Made by a program: the position numbers and the translations under genes. Below, one piece after another: positions 29,023 to 39,400 of a stretch of 41,353 bases of DNA (within the stretch, counting starts at the first letter, position 1; each line of letters starts with the position of its first letter). The notes below the pieces were generated by a model that was not told where the DNA came from, ran no database searches, and saw only the letters and a program-made list of their open reading frames with translations. The DNA lies in assembly GCA_046761065.1 (NCBI GenBank), contig JBHIFL010000038.1, positions 1 through 41,353 on the forward strand, given 5' to 3'. This DNA is from Candidatus Heimdallarchaeota archaeon (lineage in GTDB: Archaea; Asgardarchaeota; Wukongarchaeia; Wukongarchaeales; JBHIFL01).

Positions 29023-29571
29023 TTACGAGTCTTTTGGTTCTAATGAGGAGTCTCTTGGAGAAATAACTCCTTTTAGGGCTCCTTTTCTTTTTGCTTCGTT
29101 TCTTCGATCATAAATCAAAAGAAATGCGATGGGAAGTCCAATAAGGATAGGGAGAGTCACATTTCCGGGCCAGATTAGTCTAAAACTAAAAGTAAGCTTT
29201 GATCCTTGTAAAGGGAAAAATATCGTATACCCACCAGCCCAAGGCCACATCATCATATCTAGGAGTAAATGCGAAATTCCTCCAATTACTAATAACAAAA
29301 ATGTGCGCCGATATGGTTCATCGGGGAAAAATGAGGCAAAAAATCCTGCTAATAACACTATTCCAAGGAAACTATGGAAAGGTTGGGTTAACATCTTAAT
29401 GAAGAACTCTTCGGCATTTAATGCCCTTAAAGTACTGCTAATAAGTGGAAAACTGCGTTCAAAATCGAGCATAATCGCTCCTAGCAGAAGGAGCGATATT
29501 TTTCTCGAATTAAGTTGAGCACTCCTTCCAAGAAGATATGCTACAGAAAGATGGGTTAGCCAGTCTGGAAT
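29023..29571 (-). CDS. Membrane metal-dependent hydrolase (YdjM/DUF457-like); apparent ATT start
   Basis: [I]PDWLTH N-terminus, FHS, SHLLLD and FFPL. An in-frame TGA two codons upstream of the ATT rules out an earlier start. Confidence 0.8.
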   Translation of the reverse strand: MPDWLTHLSVAYLLGRSAQLNSRKISLLLLGAIMLDFERSFPLISSTLRALNAEEFFIKMLTQPFHSFLGIVLLAGFFASFFPDEPYRRTFLLLVIGGISHLLLDMMMWPWAGGYTIFFPLQGSKLTFSFRLIWPGNVTLPILIGLPIAFLLIYDRRNEAKRKGALKGVISPRDSSLEPKDS

Positions 29572-29574
29572 TGT

Positions 29575-30087
29575 TCATCGCCTCCGTTTTAAGGATAAGT
29601 CTGAATCCAAAGAGAATGCGCTAAAGAAATAATAGATGAATAAACCGCCTCCGAGAATTGAGAAGCCAAGCGCACCTTTGTGATCAATTTTAATTATTTC
29701 CTCAACAAGAATATAACCTCTCGAAACGATATAAGAAATTCCTTTAATGGCGACAGACTCATAGACTCTGTATCCTTCAAGTGAATGGGTTACTAGAACA
29801 TGAAGTGCACCATTAACTCCCAAAAATGTTAACATTGTTATATTTGATTTCTGTTCAATAGTTCTTATTCGAGAAACGATAGTAATAAAGAAGCCTTCAT
29901 AGGCCTCTTGGTGTGCCAGGATTGTATCAACTTTAACAGCGTTTACTGTATCACTCTTGGGAGGTTCCCAGTAGTCCGGTGAAGTCGCGTTCCATAGTCC
30001 AATAAACAATAATAAACCTAAAGCAAGGAAACCGCTAAGCCGTTTCTTTCTGCCTTTTTGATCCTTTATTAGCTTAATTAAACGCAA
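29575..30087 (-). CDS. Membrane-anchored protein with a probable extracellular OB-like beta domain
   Basis: N-terminal TM, I....EAYEG..ITI...I, V.IKG and C-terminal TM; its stop lies 3 nt before the hydrolase start. Confidence 0.6.
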   Translation of the reverse strand: MRLIKLIKDQKGRKKRLSGFLALGLLLFIGLWNATSPDYWEPPKSDTVNAVKVDTILAHQEAYEGFFITIVSRIRTIEQKSNITMLTFLGVNGALHVLVTHSLEGYRVYESVAIKGISYIVSRGYILVEEIIKIDHKGALGFSILGGGLFIYYFFSAFSLDSDLSLKRRR

Positions 30088-30584
30088 TTAAATTCACCTT
30101 TCAATCATTTTATTATAAATCAAAGTTGTATTTTTATAATGTTAATTGTTAATTTATGGATTTTTTATTCGGATAAATGAACTGGAATAGCAGTAGAATG
30201 AATATAACTAAATAAACAGTGATTAGCAATAGCTTTTAAGGATAAGAAGTCGAATGATAAGAACGTATATATATGAACAGCTACAAGTTTGAAGGAATGT
30301 GAATAATCGACTACTAAGATTTCCTCCTGATTTTCTCGTGTCTTTTTTTTGAAGAAAATGGAAGTGTCTTCCAATCTCGATTAACAAGTTGAAGAATGTT
30401 CTGTAGACAATTTTTTGATATTCACATCACATGGATACTAAAAGAGTGTGAACCCTTTGGCGTAGGGGTGTTTTTTTGTTTTCCACTACAATTTAAGTCT
30501 TCATTTACTATTTTTGATAAGGAATAATTTATATTGAGTTAATTTCTTATTGGGACAAAATGATGGAAAGGAAGTGGATCGAAA

Positions 30585-31385
30585 TTGGGAAGAACGTCTA
30601 CAGGTGCTCCTCTGTTTGTTTCACTGTTTGGCATACTAGCGATGCTTGCAGGAATTGCGGCCATAGGAATTGGTGGAGCCATCTTAGCAGAATATGACAT
30701 TAGTATAATTCCAACTCAGGATTTGCTTACTAGATTGGCTGTTAGTAAAACAATACTTAGTGCAATATTTATAGTGGCCGGGCTCCTCTTACTCATTTCA
30801 GGGTACGGATTACGTTCGCTCAAATTTTGGGCATGGCTATTGTTCGTCCTAGCGTTTATTGCTACTATTGCCGCTTTTCTTTACCTTGATGCCACATTGC
30901 TTGTTCCAGGTGGAATTCTTGTAGCAATGGCAGTCATTTTTGGTGATTTACTTGCCGAAAATGAATATTTCCTCAAGCCAGAAGAAGAATGGCCTGGAAC
31001 TCCAGATTTTGTAGAGTTACTAAGTTATATCGTCATCCTAATTGGGCTAGTCGCTATAGCTGGTGGTGCGGGAATCTACTTAAAAATCGGCGCATTAACA
31101 GACCGGATCAGTCCTGAAACCGTGGAACGGGCCTACTATGGTCCAATCCAGAGCGTCGAGGCTGTTGGGCTTGTCCTAGCAGTGATTGGTATTATAATTC
31201 TGATTTGTGGCTGGGGACTCAAAACTACTAAAACATGGGCTTGGATTCTATTCTTACTTGTAGGAATTGGAGTAATGGCCCTAGTTTTCATGACATTCCC
31301 AGATATTACCTTACCGGGTGCAGTCCTTGTTGTGGTTTCAGTGATTCTGGGCGATCTCATTGCTGAAAAGCAATATTTCGATTGA
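30585..31385 (+). CDS. Eight-TM membrane protein made of two homologous four-TM halves
   Basis: GYGLRSLKFWAWLLF...GDLLAENEYF matches GWGLKTTKTWAWILF...GDLIAEKQYF. Confidence 0.8.
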   Translation: MGRTSTGAPLFVSLFGILAMLAGIAAIGIGGAILAEYDISIIPTQDLLTRLAVSKTILSAIFIVAGLLLLISGYGLRSLKFWAWLLFVLAFIATIAAFLYLDATLLVPGGILVAMAVIFGDLLAENEYFLKPEEEWPGTPDFVELLSYIVILIGLVAIAGGAGIYLKIGALTDRISPETVERAYYGPIQSVEAVGLVLAVIGIIILICGWGLKTTKTWAWILFLLVGIGVMALVFMTFPDITLPGAVLVVVSVILGDLIAEKQYFD

Positions 31386-31410
31386 AGTGATTCGACTACT
31401 GCCACAATCA

Positions 31411-31430
31411 CCCCTTTTTCCTTTTTTATT
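31411..31430 (+). terminator. Oligo-T terminator
   Basis: cccctttttccttttttatt follows the stop at 31385. Confidence 0.5.
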
Positions 31431-31648
31431 ATTAAGCAATCTCTGAGTAATTTAAAATCCCTCAAATAATAAAGCCTTACAATTGATAAGTGTAGTGAAA
31501 AACACTCTCTCTAAGGAGATAATCTTTATAAGCCTCTCCCTATGAGACAGCTGGTTCTCAAAGTACACTGAAGCAAGTAAAAGTCTGCTTTTTTTGAAGG
31601 ATTAATTAATTCCGACTCCTTTAAGTATCATTATCATCTACGTGTGAT

Positions 31649-31674
31649 GGGGAAAGAAAAGTTATATTTTCCCC
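31649..31674 (+). promoter_or_regulatory. Putative BRE-TATA (GAAAAG-TTATATTT) for pelF, enclosed by a 7-bp inverted repeat GGGGAAA/TTTCCCC
   Basis: Read directly at 31649-31674, about 90 nt upstream of the GTG start. Confidence 0.5.
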
Positions 31675-31761
31675 CGAATCTTTGAGAAAAAAAACTGATC
31701 AAATCGCATCAAACTTATGCTTGGACGAACTGGGTGTTTTAAAGCTGCTGTGGTGATCATA

Positions 31762-33195
31762 GTGCCCCACATTGTAATGATCACCGAGGGAACATATCCC
31801 TACTTTGGTGGTGGAGTCTCACGTTGGTGTCATGTACTTCTAACAAAACTCTCCCAATTTAAATTCACAATTGTTGCTATCGTCCCCCCCAAAAAAGTGA
31901 TTGAGAAGTTTGTGCTACCTCAAAACCTAGTTCAAGTAAAACAAGTTCGTATCGGAGACCTTTCCCAGTTCAAAGGGATAGATAAGGCAGTAGTGAATGG
32001 AAATCAAATCAATGAGTTTATTAAAGAAAACATAGAAATGCACAAGGCCTTTATAAGCTCTGATCTTGCTTCAGCCCTCAAAACGACTCAACAGCTCTTT
32101 CCAAAAATTCAAGATGATCCAGTGACTTTTTGGAGGCATAAAAGTGGCCTTAAATACCTCGAGGAGCGATACAAAGATATCAACCCGGAAATCCCGTTCT
32201 ATAAATGGTTAGTATATTGGAAAAATACCCATGCTATGCATCTAAGCCTTGTGGTTCAAAAAATGCCCAAAGGCGATCTGTATCATGCCACGAATTCGGG
32301 TTGGGCTGGAGTTTTAGGACTGTTGGGAGCACAACGCTACGGGAAACCACTGCTTCTCACTGAACATGGTTTAGCTCTTAGGGAACGAGGGATTGCCATT
32401 GAACGAGGGGAGGAAACACCGACTCATGAGCGACTCAGCCTTGCACGAATCAGCATGAGGCTTAATCAACTGGTATATGAAGCGGCTAATCTGATAACCG
32501 TGGTTTGTAAAGCCAATAAAGATTGGTTAGTGCAAAACATCGGAATTCCTGAACATAAGATCGTAGTAACCTATAATGGGGTAGATATTAAGACGTTTAA
32601 GCCAGTAGAGTTGCCAAAAATGCCTTCCAAGATCATAGCCACCATTGCCCGAATTTTTCCCCTCAAAGATATCAAAAATCTGATAAAAGCTGCAAGCATC
32701 GTTTCGCGAAAGAAGCCAGAACTCAAATTCGTAGTTGTCGGAGCTCCAGCAGATCGAGAATATTATAAGGAATGTCTGAATTTGGTAAACGACCTCAATC
32801 TTCAATCGGTTGAGTTTGTTGGAACATCATCGAATGTTATTGCGTGGTATAATCGAATGGGAATTTTTGTTCTCCCAAGCATCAGTGAGGGGTTTCCATT
32901 GACAACGATAGAAGCTATGTCTTGTGGTACTCCTGTCATAGTTACAGATGTTGGAGGAGCGGCCGAACCAGTTAAGGTGGGTCGGCGGAGTTGCGGTTTG
33001 GTGGTTCCTCCGAGCAATCCATCAAAACTAGCGGAAGCTATTTTATTTCTGTACGATAACCTACATTACTATAGAACCCTAAGCCTCAACGCACGGAAAC
33101 TTGTTGAAACGTATTTTTCTGAAACCAAGTTCGTCCAAGAGTATCAAAAAATATATGATGAACTTCTATCGAATATGACTGATAGAAATGAGTGA
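31762..33195 (+). CDS. pelF: GT4 glycosyltransferase, PelF type (DUF3492 + Glycos_transf_1)
   Basis: Diagnostic ITEGTYPY..GGVS.W, DLYHA...GWAG, LLTEHG...RER, YNGVD, ARI.PLKD and LPSISEGFP...IEAM..G.PV..TDVGG; GGTGA RBS before GTG 31762. Confidence 0.88.
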   Translation: MPHIVMITEGTYPYFGGGVSRWCHVLLTKLSQFKFTIVAIVPPKKVIEKFVLPQNLVQVKQVRIGDLSQFKGIDKAVVNGNQINEFIKENIEMHKAFISSDLASALKTTQQLFPKIQDDPVTFWRHKSGLKYLEERYKDINPEIPFYKWLVYWKNTHAMHLSLVVQKMPKGDLYHATNSGWAGVLGLLGAQRYGKPLLLTEHGLALRERGIAIERGEETPTHERLSLARISMRLNQLVYEAANLITVVCKANKDWLVQNIGIPEHKIVVTYNGVDIKTFKPVELPKMPSKIIATIARIFPLKDIKNLIKAASIVSRKKPELKFVVVGAPADREYYKECLNLVNDLNLQSVEFVGTSSNVIAWYNRMGIFVLPSISEGFPLTTIEAMSCGTPVIVTDVGGAAEPVKVGRRSCGLVVPPSNPSKLAEAILFLYDNLHYYRTLSLNARKLVETYFSETKFVQEYQKIYDELLSNMTDRNE

Positions 33196-33287
33196 AGTTC
33201 AAGTTGATGGAGGATAAGTCGGACGAGTAAATTCCTTCAAGCCCTGAAGACAGGGCACCGCTAAAAGGAAATTGGAAGCTTCAAAAA

Positions 33288-35108
33288 ATGCACAATACGA
33301 ATGGTAGAGAGCCCGATCAAGACCTTGATCCACAAACAGAATTAAACGAAACCCCAGATCAACAAAGTGAACGGATGAAACGGCTCCAAACGCTTTTACG
33401 AGAGGCAAATGCGAAAAACAAGTCTTTAGAAGGGGAGCTATCCAAATCGAAATCGGTCTTAAATAAAGTGACTGATGAATTAACTAAAGTCCGTTCCGAA
33501 TTTAATGCCTATGTTGCCGCTTCGAAAGAAGGCATTATGAATCTTGGAAAAGAAAACGAAAAGCTCAAAAAAGAAATTCGAGAGAGGGCTGAAAAGATCG
33601 TTGAGCTCGAATCGAAAGTCATGATGCTCTCACAACTTGGTGTGATGGATTCTGAGGATTTTAGCACATTAAAAGATGATCTCATAGAGTCTAGTGCTAA
33701 ATTGCGGGGAGAGAATGAAGCCCTTCGGGAAGCCCTTAAGAAAGCTGAGGAGAAAACTCTTAGCGATGCCAGAAAACTTCATCAACTACAGGAACAACTC
33801 CAAGCCCACTTAGAAGAAAAACGAAAATATAGTGCAGACCAAAAGCGCCTTCATTTAGAACTAGAGGCACTTCAAAATGATTTTGCAGCTTTAGAACAAA
33901 AATATTTCGAAACACACGCGATCAAAACTCAATTGGAAAATCAGATGGCCGAAGAGGAAGTAATGCACGTTACACTTCAAAAAGCCCGAGAGAAAGTACG
34001 AGAACAAAAAGAGATTATCGAAGGTCTTAAGGCTCATATTTCTGACATTGAAGGGAAATATGGTGCAACATTACATCAAATTGAAATGTTGGACGAGAAA
34101 GAAGAAGAGATCAAGCAACTCTCAAACAAACTCGCTGAATATAGAACACGACTCGCTGAATTGAAATATCAACACCAAATAATGGACGAACAAAAGCAAC
34201 TACTCGTCAAAACCCAGGATGAATTGACCAAAACCCAAGAACAATACGATCAAGCAAGGTTGGAGCTTCAAAAGTTCGAAAACATAAGTTCAATGCTTCA
34301 AGAAAAAGAAAACCTCCTTAAAGAACTCCGTGAAGAACTAATCACTTACAAAGCTAAGGTTGCTGAATTAACTGCTGAAGTTGAAACAACTCATAAATAT
34401 CAGGAACAATTACATGAATCGCAAGATGCAGTCTCGGATCTTATGAGTCGTATCGCAGGTATGGCAACCAAAGTCACCAAATTAAAAGCAGAACTAAAGA
34501 AAACAATTGAGGAAAGAGATAGGAAGTTAAAAGAACAACAAAATGAGATTATCCGACTTAATGAAAAAGTCGGAGTGCTCCAAGCCGAAAACGACCTGAA
34601 ATCTGCAGAGATAGAAGCATTAGAAACACGAGCAAGTAGCGCCGAATCTCAGCTGAGTGCTGTGCAGGAGAGCCTTAGTCGTACTTTTGATCTTGGAGAA
34701 AAACTGGATGCATTTAGCGCCGAGAGCACACAACGGACACTTAGTCTAGAAAAGCGGTTAGAAGTATTTGAATTGACTGCAGATGGACTTGCCCAGATGA
34801 AAGAAGAACTTCTTCGAGAGAAAGAGCTTCTTAAGGAAAAAGTTCACTTATCTGATACTTATATAAAGGTTTTACAACAGACTGACCTAGGGAGGGTCTT
34901 CCTCCTTGTTAAAGCCTTAAGCAAAACCAATGTCGATCACTTGAGTCGCGCTTTAGGAATTCCAAAACTTAATCTGCTTCCTTCTGTAAGAGAACTGGCT
35001 CGGATGGGAGTAATTGACTTAAAAAGAAAAAGTATCACTTTTATTCCTCCGGTTGTGGAAGACGGTTCAGGAAAAGAAGATCTCGTAAAGCTTGCGAGTG
35101 ACTCATAA
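33288..35108 (+). CDS. Long coiled-coil protein (about 500 aa) with C-terminal winged helix; no ATPase motifs or TM
   Basis: Continuous E/K/L/Q heptads; C-terminal RVFLLVK...NVDHLSRALGIP...LLPSVRELARMGVIDL. Confidence 0.8.
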   Translation: MHNTNGREPDQDLDPQTELNETPDQQSERMKRLQTLLREANAKNKSLEGELSKSKSVLNKVTDELTKVRSEFNAYVAASKEGIMNLGKENEKLKKEIRERAEKIVELESKVMMLSQLGVMDSEDFSTLKDDLIESSAKLRGENEALREALKKAEEKTLSDARKLHQLQEQLQAHLEEKRKYSADQKRLHLELEALQNDFAALEQKYFETHAIKTQLENQMAEEEVMHVTLQKAREKVREQKEIIEGLKAHISDIEGKYGATLHQIEMLDEKEEEIKQLSNKLAEYRTRLAELKYQHQIMDEQKQLLVKTQDELTKTQEQYDQARLELQKFENISSMLQEKENLLKELREELITYKAKVAELTAEVETTHKYQEQLHESQDAVSDLMSRIAGMATKVTKLKAELKKTIEERDRKLKEQQNEIIRLNEKVGVLQAENDLKSAEIEALETRASSAESQLSAVQESLSRTFDLGEKLDAFSAESTQRTLSLEKRLEVFELTADGLAQMKEELLREKELLKEKVHLSDTYIKVLQQTDLGRVFLLVKALSKTNVDHLSRALGIPKLNLLPSVRELARMGVIDLKRKSITFIPPVVEDGSGKEDLVKLASDS

Positions 35109-35150
35109 CATTAAACGCGAATAAATAAGATTAGGAATGAGTCGATTAAA

Positions 35151-36236
35151 ATGGAAGGATTAACATTTCTCAGAGATCCGAAAGTTCAAGAATTGATCAA
35201 AGCACTGCTTGATGGGACGATCGAGCGGCTCGAACCTGCATATTCTATCGAAAAAGGGCAGCATTACCCCCTTCTTGAAGAACATCTTGGATTATCCACA
35301 GAGGAAACCAATGATCTCTTGGAACGCCTTGTAATGACAGGTGTATTGACTGAAAAAGTAACTGGAACAATCCTGAAGTGCCCGACCTGCGAATCGACGG
35401 TTCTTCGGCCGATCAATACATGTCCTCGATGTGGATCAACTAATTATGAACGTGGGACCCTTGTAGAACACCACATCTGTGGGAATGTGGGTTTTGAACA
35501 ACACTTCAAGCAAGGTTCGGATTATATTTGTACTCGTTGCGGTGAGTTACTCACCTTAAAAGACTTAGGGCGCAATTGGATAGTTCCCGGGAAGTGGCAT
35601 CGTTGTCGAGATTGCCATTTGTATTTCGAAATTCAACGTACCCAACCTTTAGCCGTTTGTGTCCTTTGTGGGCACAAATTTGATATAAGGGAATCAGTAC
35701 TCGAAGAAGCGAAAACCTATCTTTTGGATCCTTTAGTTTTAGAAGATTTAATGAGTGCTACTGGCGTGACGGAGCCCCTTCTGAAAATGTTAGAAGCGGA
35801 AGGCGCTAAAACAGAAATGCCTGCCAGAATTATTGGTAAATCTGGAATGCTACACCATTTCAGTTTTGCTTTCACCCAAGAACGTGACCCGGAAGCCTTT
35901 GTGGGGGTGGGTGATATCATAATCCGTGCTGCTTCCGTTACAGGGAACGAGTTTTTCAATCATTTAAGCAAGTTCCTTGATATTGAGGCCACCCAGCGCT
36001 TCTTTGTCGTAGCAGGAGCGAGACTAGATGGCGATGCTCGAGGCCTCGCGGAGAGCTATGTCACATGGAGAGGGCCTATTGTCAAGGTTGTTGAAGCACA
36101 AAACCTATCAAACGCGATTCAGAAGTTGAATGAAGCCATCAAAAGCGCTATGAAGGAAGAACCGGAACGCAAAGAATCTGAACTGGAAGTCCTTGAATCC
36201 ATGCTGCAGAAAATGAAAGGCGACCGAATCAAATAG
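35151..36236 (+). CDS. TackOD1-type multi-Zn-ribbon protein with N-terminal wHTH-like segment and C-terminal restriction-endonuclease-like fold
   Basis: Six Zn-ligand pairs (CPTC, CPRC, EHHICG, CTRC, CRDC, CVLC), G..YP...LLERL...GVL and IIGKSG..HHFSF. Confidence 0.8.
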   Translation: MEGLTFLRDPKVQELIKALLDGTIERLEPAYSIEKGQHYPLLEEHLGLSTEETNDLLERLVMTGVLTEKVTGTILKCPTCESTVLRPINTCPRCGSTNYERGTLVEHHICGNVGFEQHFKQGSDYICTRCGELLTLKDLGRNWIVPGKWHRCRDCHLYFEIQRTQPLAVCVLCGHKFDIRESVLEEAKTYLLDPLVLEDLMSATGVTEPLLKMLEAEGAKTEMPARIIGKSGMLHHFSFAFTQERDPEAFVGVGDIIIRAASVTGNEFFNHLSKFLDIEATQRFFVVAGARLDGDARGLAESYVTWRGPIVKVVEAQNLSNAIQKLNEAIKSAMKEEPERKESELEVLESMLQKMKGDRIK

Positions 36237-36291
36237 TTTTATGCAATCAATTTGGTTCAAGAACCGATTCTATCCTAGTAAGGGTCTGAGT

Positions 36292-36305
36292 GTCGAAATT
36301 TCGAC
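36292..36305. promoter_or_regulatory. Perfect 14-bp palindrome GTCGAAATTTCGAC (operator-like)
   Basis: Lies in the gap upstream of the deacetylase-PelG fusion gene and is followed by AT-rich TATA-like sequence. Confidence 0.5.
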
Positions 36306-36462
36306 CTCCTATATTCTTTAAACTATATCTTATTCATTGATCAAAATGTAGAATGGATTAGAATCAATAATTCTTTTGGTAATATTAAAATAACTCCTAT
36401 ACCTGCCTTAATGCAGGTCTAAATATGACCTTTTATCAAATAATGTTTAGAGAGGGGTTACT

Positions 36463-39400
36463 GTGAAGAGGTTAATCAAGATTTCTATCATATTTTCCTT
36501 AATATTTTTAGCTTCCTTTCTTTCATACGAACCTGTACATGCTCAGAAATGCATGGAATCGCTTAACACCGCCTTATCAGATAACCAAAGTAAGCCAATC
36601 CGAGTTGCTCTGATGTGGAACTCGGAATTACCTCCAGACGATTATATGTACAGAGATCTCGAGATTGTAAAAGATATCTTTCACCACTGGAAAATAGCCC
36701 CCCTCGATCTTGTGGATCTATCATCGGGATTGAATATACAAACTCTGGCTGAAACATATTCTACGATTATTCTTCCCTCTGTGGAACTACTCAGTCCTTT
36801 TCTTCCATTCCCCCTTGCAAATGGGACTATAGACGTAATCACAAGCGCCATCGTGAACTATTCCATAAATATAATCTTGGCAAATGTCCAACCAGTTTTC
36901 GATTTTGCCAACCCCATTTATGAAGCCGCATTCGATATGAAAACGGATGGTTCCACTTTTGTTATAGGAGAGAGGTATGAACAGTTGTTTAAATTTCATG
37001 AGGAACCTAATGATTGGATTATAGCTCGTTCAGGGCACAATGTTGTGCTACATGAAAGCCTGTTGTCTTATTGGTGGGGTTTATGCGGATACGACGAGAG
37101 AATAGAATTAGGCATGAACGAAGATTTCACCGCCACAGACTTCTTTAATGTTTTGGGAATCGCCTTACCTGAAGCAATTGCTTGGATCCTCGGGGTTCCG
37201 GCATTTACACTCAGAAACGATGATATATACATAGAATCGTGGAACTTCGACTCCGGTTTTGAAGGCTTAAAAAACTACGTAGAGTTCATGGGGCGAGAAG
37301 CAGGTTGGGTTGAAGCGTCAAATGGCATTGTGGGGTTATATGACCAAGAAACTAACTATGCCTCTGCTCCGTATCAAAGAAAATTAGGGGATTATGGAAT
37401 GCTTGTGTCCCATTCTTGGACTCACCCCTTTTTGTCAACACTGTCTCTCGAAGAACAGATCGAGGAATTAGCAAACACTAAAGATTATCTAGCTAAAATG
37501 TATCCCGATGAATTTGATCCCAGTTTATTCATTGTCCCAAACAATGACTGGAACCAGCTCACATTAGTTGCCCTTAATATGACGGGTCATTCAATGTTTA
37601 CTGCTGCTCGTTTTCGAGATGTCTTGGAGTACATATCAAGTCCAGCTAAAAAGGAAGTATTTCTACAATATGGTTGGTATACTACTGAATATGAAGGTAA
37701 AGAATATTCTGTGTATGGATTTCCTTGGATGTATGCTTATGACGCGAATAGCTCTACTCCTCAAGGTGTGGAGGATCTGAGTCGAACCCCAGAAGGATGG
37801 GTGACCGAAGATTATGCGCGTGGGGGATTCGCTGAAACTCGGAGGACCTTATTTGAATTCTATTACCCATTAATGATCGGAACTCATGGGGTCTATCAAG
37901 CTTGGGAACACTGGGAAAACTGGGAAATAATTACGAGGAATATTATTCAAGGCCTACACGGTGGGGAGATCCCTTACTTGAGAGTAGCAGAGACCGCAGA
38001 ATCAATCCGTGATGTCAAAAATTTGGAGAAGGTGACAATGGAATCAGCGTTCTATGATGACTCTGGAATTACTTTGACACTCACCAATCCTGGACCCGAG
38101 CTTAGAAATATGGTACTCTTTGCAAACTCATTAGAACCCAATTATATTGCCCATGTTTTAGTAGATGATTCTTTACATATCGGATTTGGCGATAATTACG
38201 TTTTCATACCTTCTTTTAGTGGATCGTTGAAGGTCCGAATCCAACTAACCTCCTCAAGTAGTCCAATCCCGACAACGCCTATTCTGCGGGGGATAACCGT
38301 AGGCGGCTTAGAAAAAGCGAGTTTCACCAATTCCGAGGTAGAAATCGAGATCTCAGGGCGTGCAAACCCTGTCTATTTTGCTACAACCATTTTGTCCCTT
38401 GATCTTTCCGGCATCGATCAGGAGGAATCGGTGCAACGGATCTATGTACAAGGAGAGGAAGGCACACGGGGAATTTATCAAATCGCAGATTTAAGGCACG
38501 GTTGGGATGGTTGGAATTACAACGCCGATACTCGTATGCTAAGAATTAAAGCCCGAATATTTGGCAAGGAACAAGTTCGCATCCTTTTGTCAGGCCAACC
38601 ATCCCCCACAATCAATCATAGACCGACTGCTATGATTAATTCACCTTTGAATGGTTCGATTTTCACCGGAAATGCAGCTATCACTCTGCAAGGAGGCGGC
38701 GCGGATGTAGATGGAGATTCATTAATTTACTTTTGGTCTTCCTCTCTGGACGGGGATCTAGGGAATAGCCCCACACTACAGATAAATGGTGCCGATCTAT
38801 CTCCAGGAAATCATGCGATCATGCTTATCGTAGCTGAAAATGGACCCCACTATACTTTTGCTGATCGAACATCAATCAACATCTACATCAGCTCCCGAAC
38901 CATTATTAACCCCATAATACAGAATATCCTGCAAATTGTGGCGATAATTGGCTTAGTACTGGTTATACTTCCCTTAATCGTAAGAAGAAGAGCAAAGAGA
39001 CCGGAATCCAAAAGATCTCGGAAAGAAGAAATAATGTTAGAACCCCTCACATTGTGGAAGATCTTGTATCAGATTTTCCTGAGCAATGGACCTTGGCTCT
39101 TTGCGACAGCATTCTTTCTCATCCTTGGCATGGCATTCATGATGGTGCTTGATTTCCCCGAAAAAAAGATCATGTCCTTCTCACTGGGGATTGCCACTCC
39201 TATTTCATTGATTCTATCAGGATGGCTTGTCGGACTGAGTATTAGAACGGTTTCCGATTATTACATAGAGAATCAAATATTTAGTAGCCGTTACAGTATG
39301 AAACGATTCCTGATGATCGCTTTAACCGCTCTAATTTTGATTGGACTGGCCATGTTTGCGATTATGCAATATCTTGACTTTTCTTTAGAATTGACCTTGC

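Noticed and set aside
30451-30477. Hairpin + T7 resembling a bacterial intrinsic terminator
   Set aside because: No plus-strand gene lies upstream to terminate, and the stem is short with a G-U pair.
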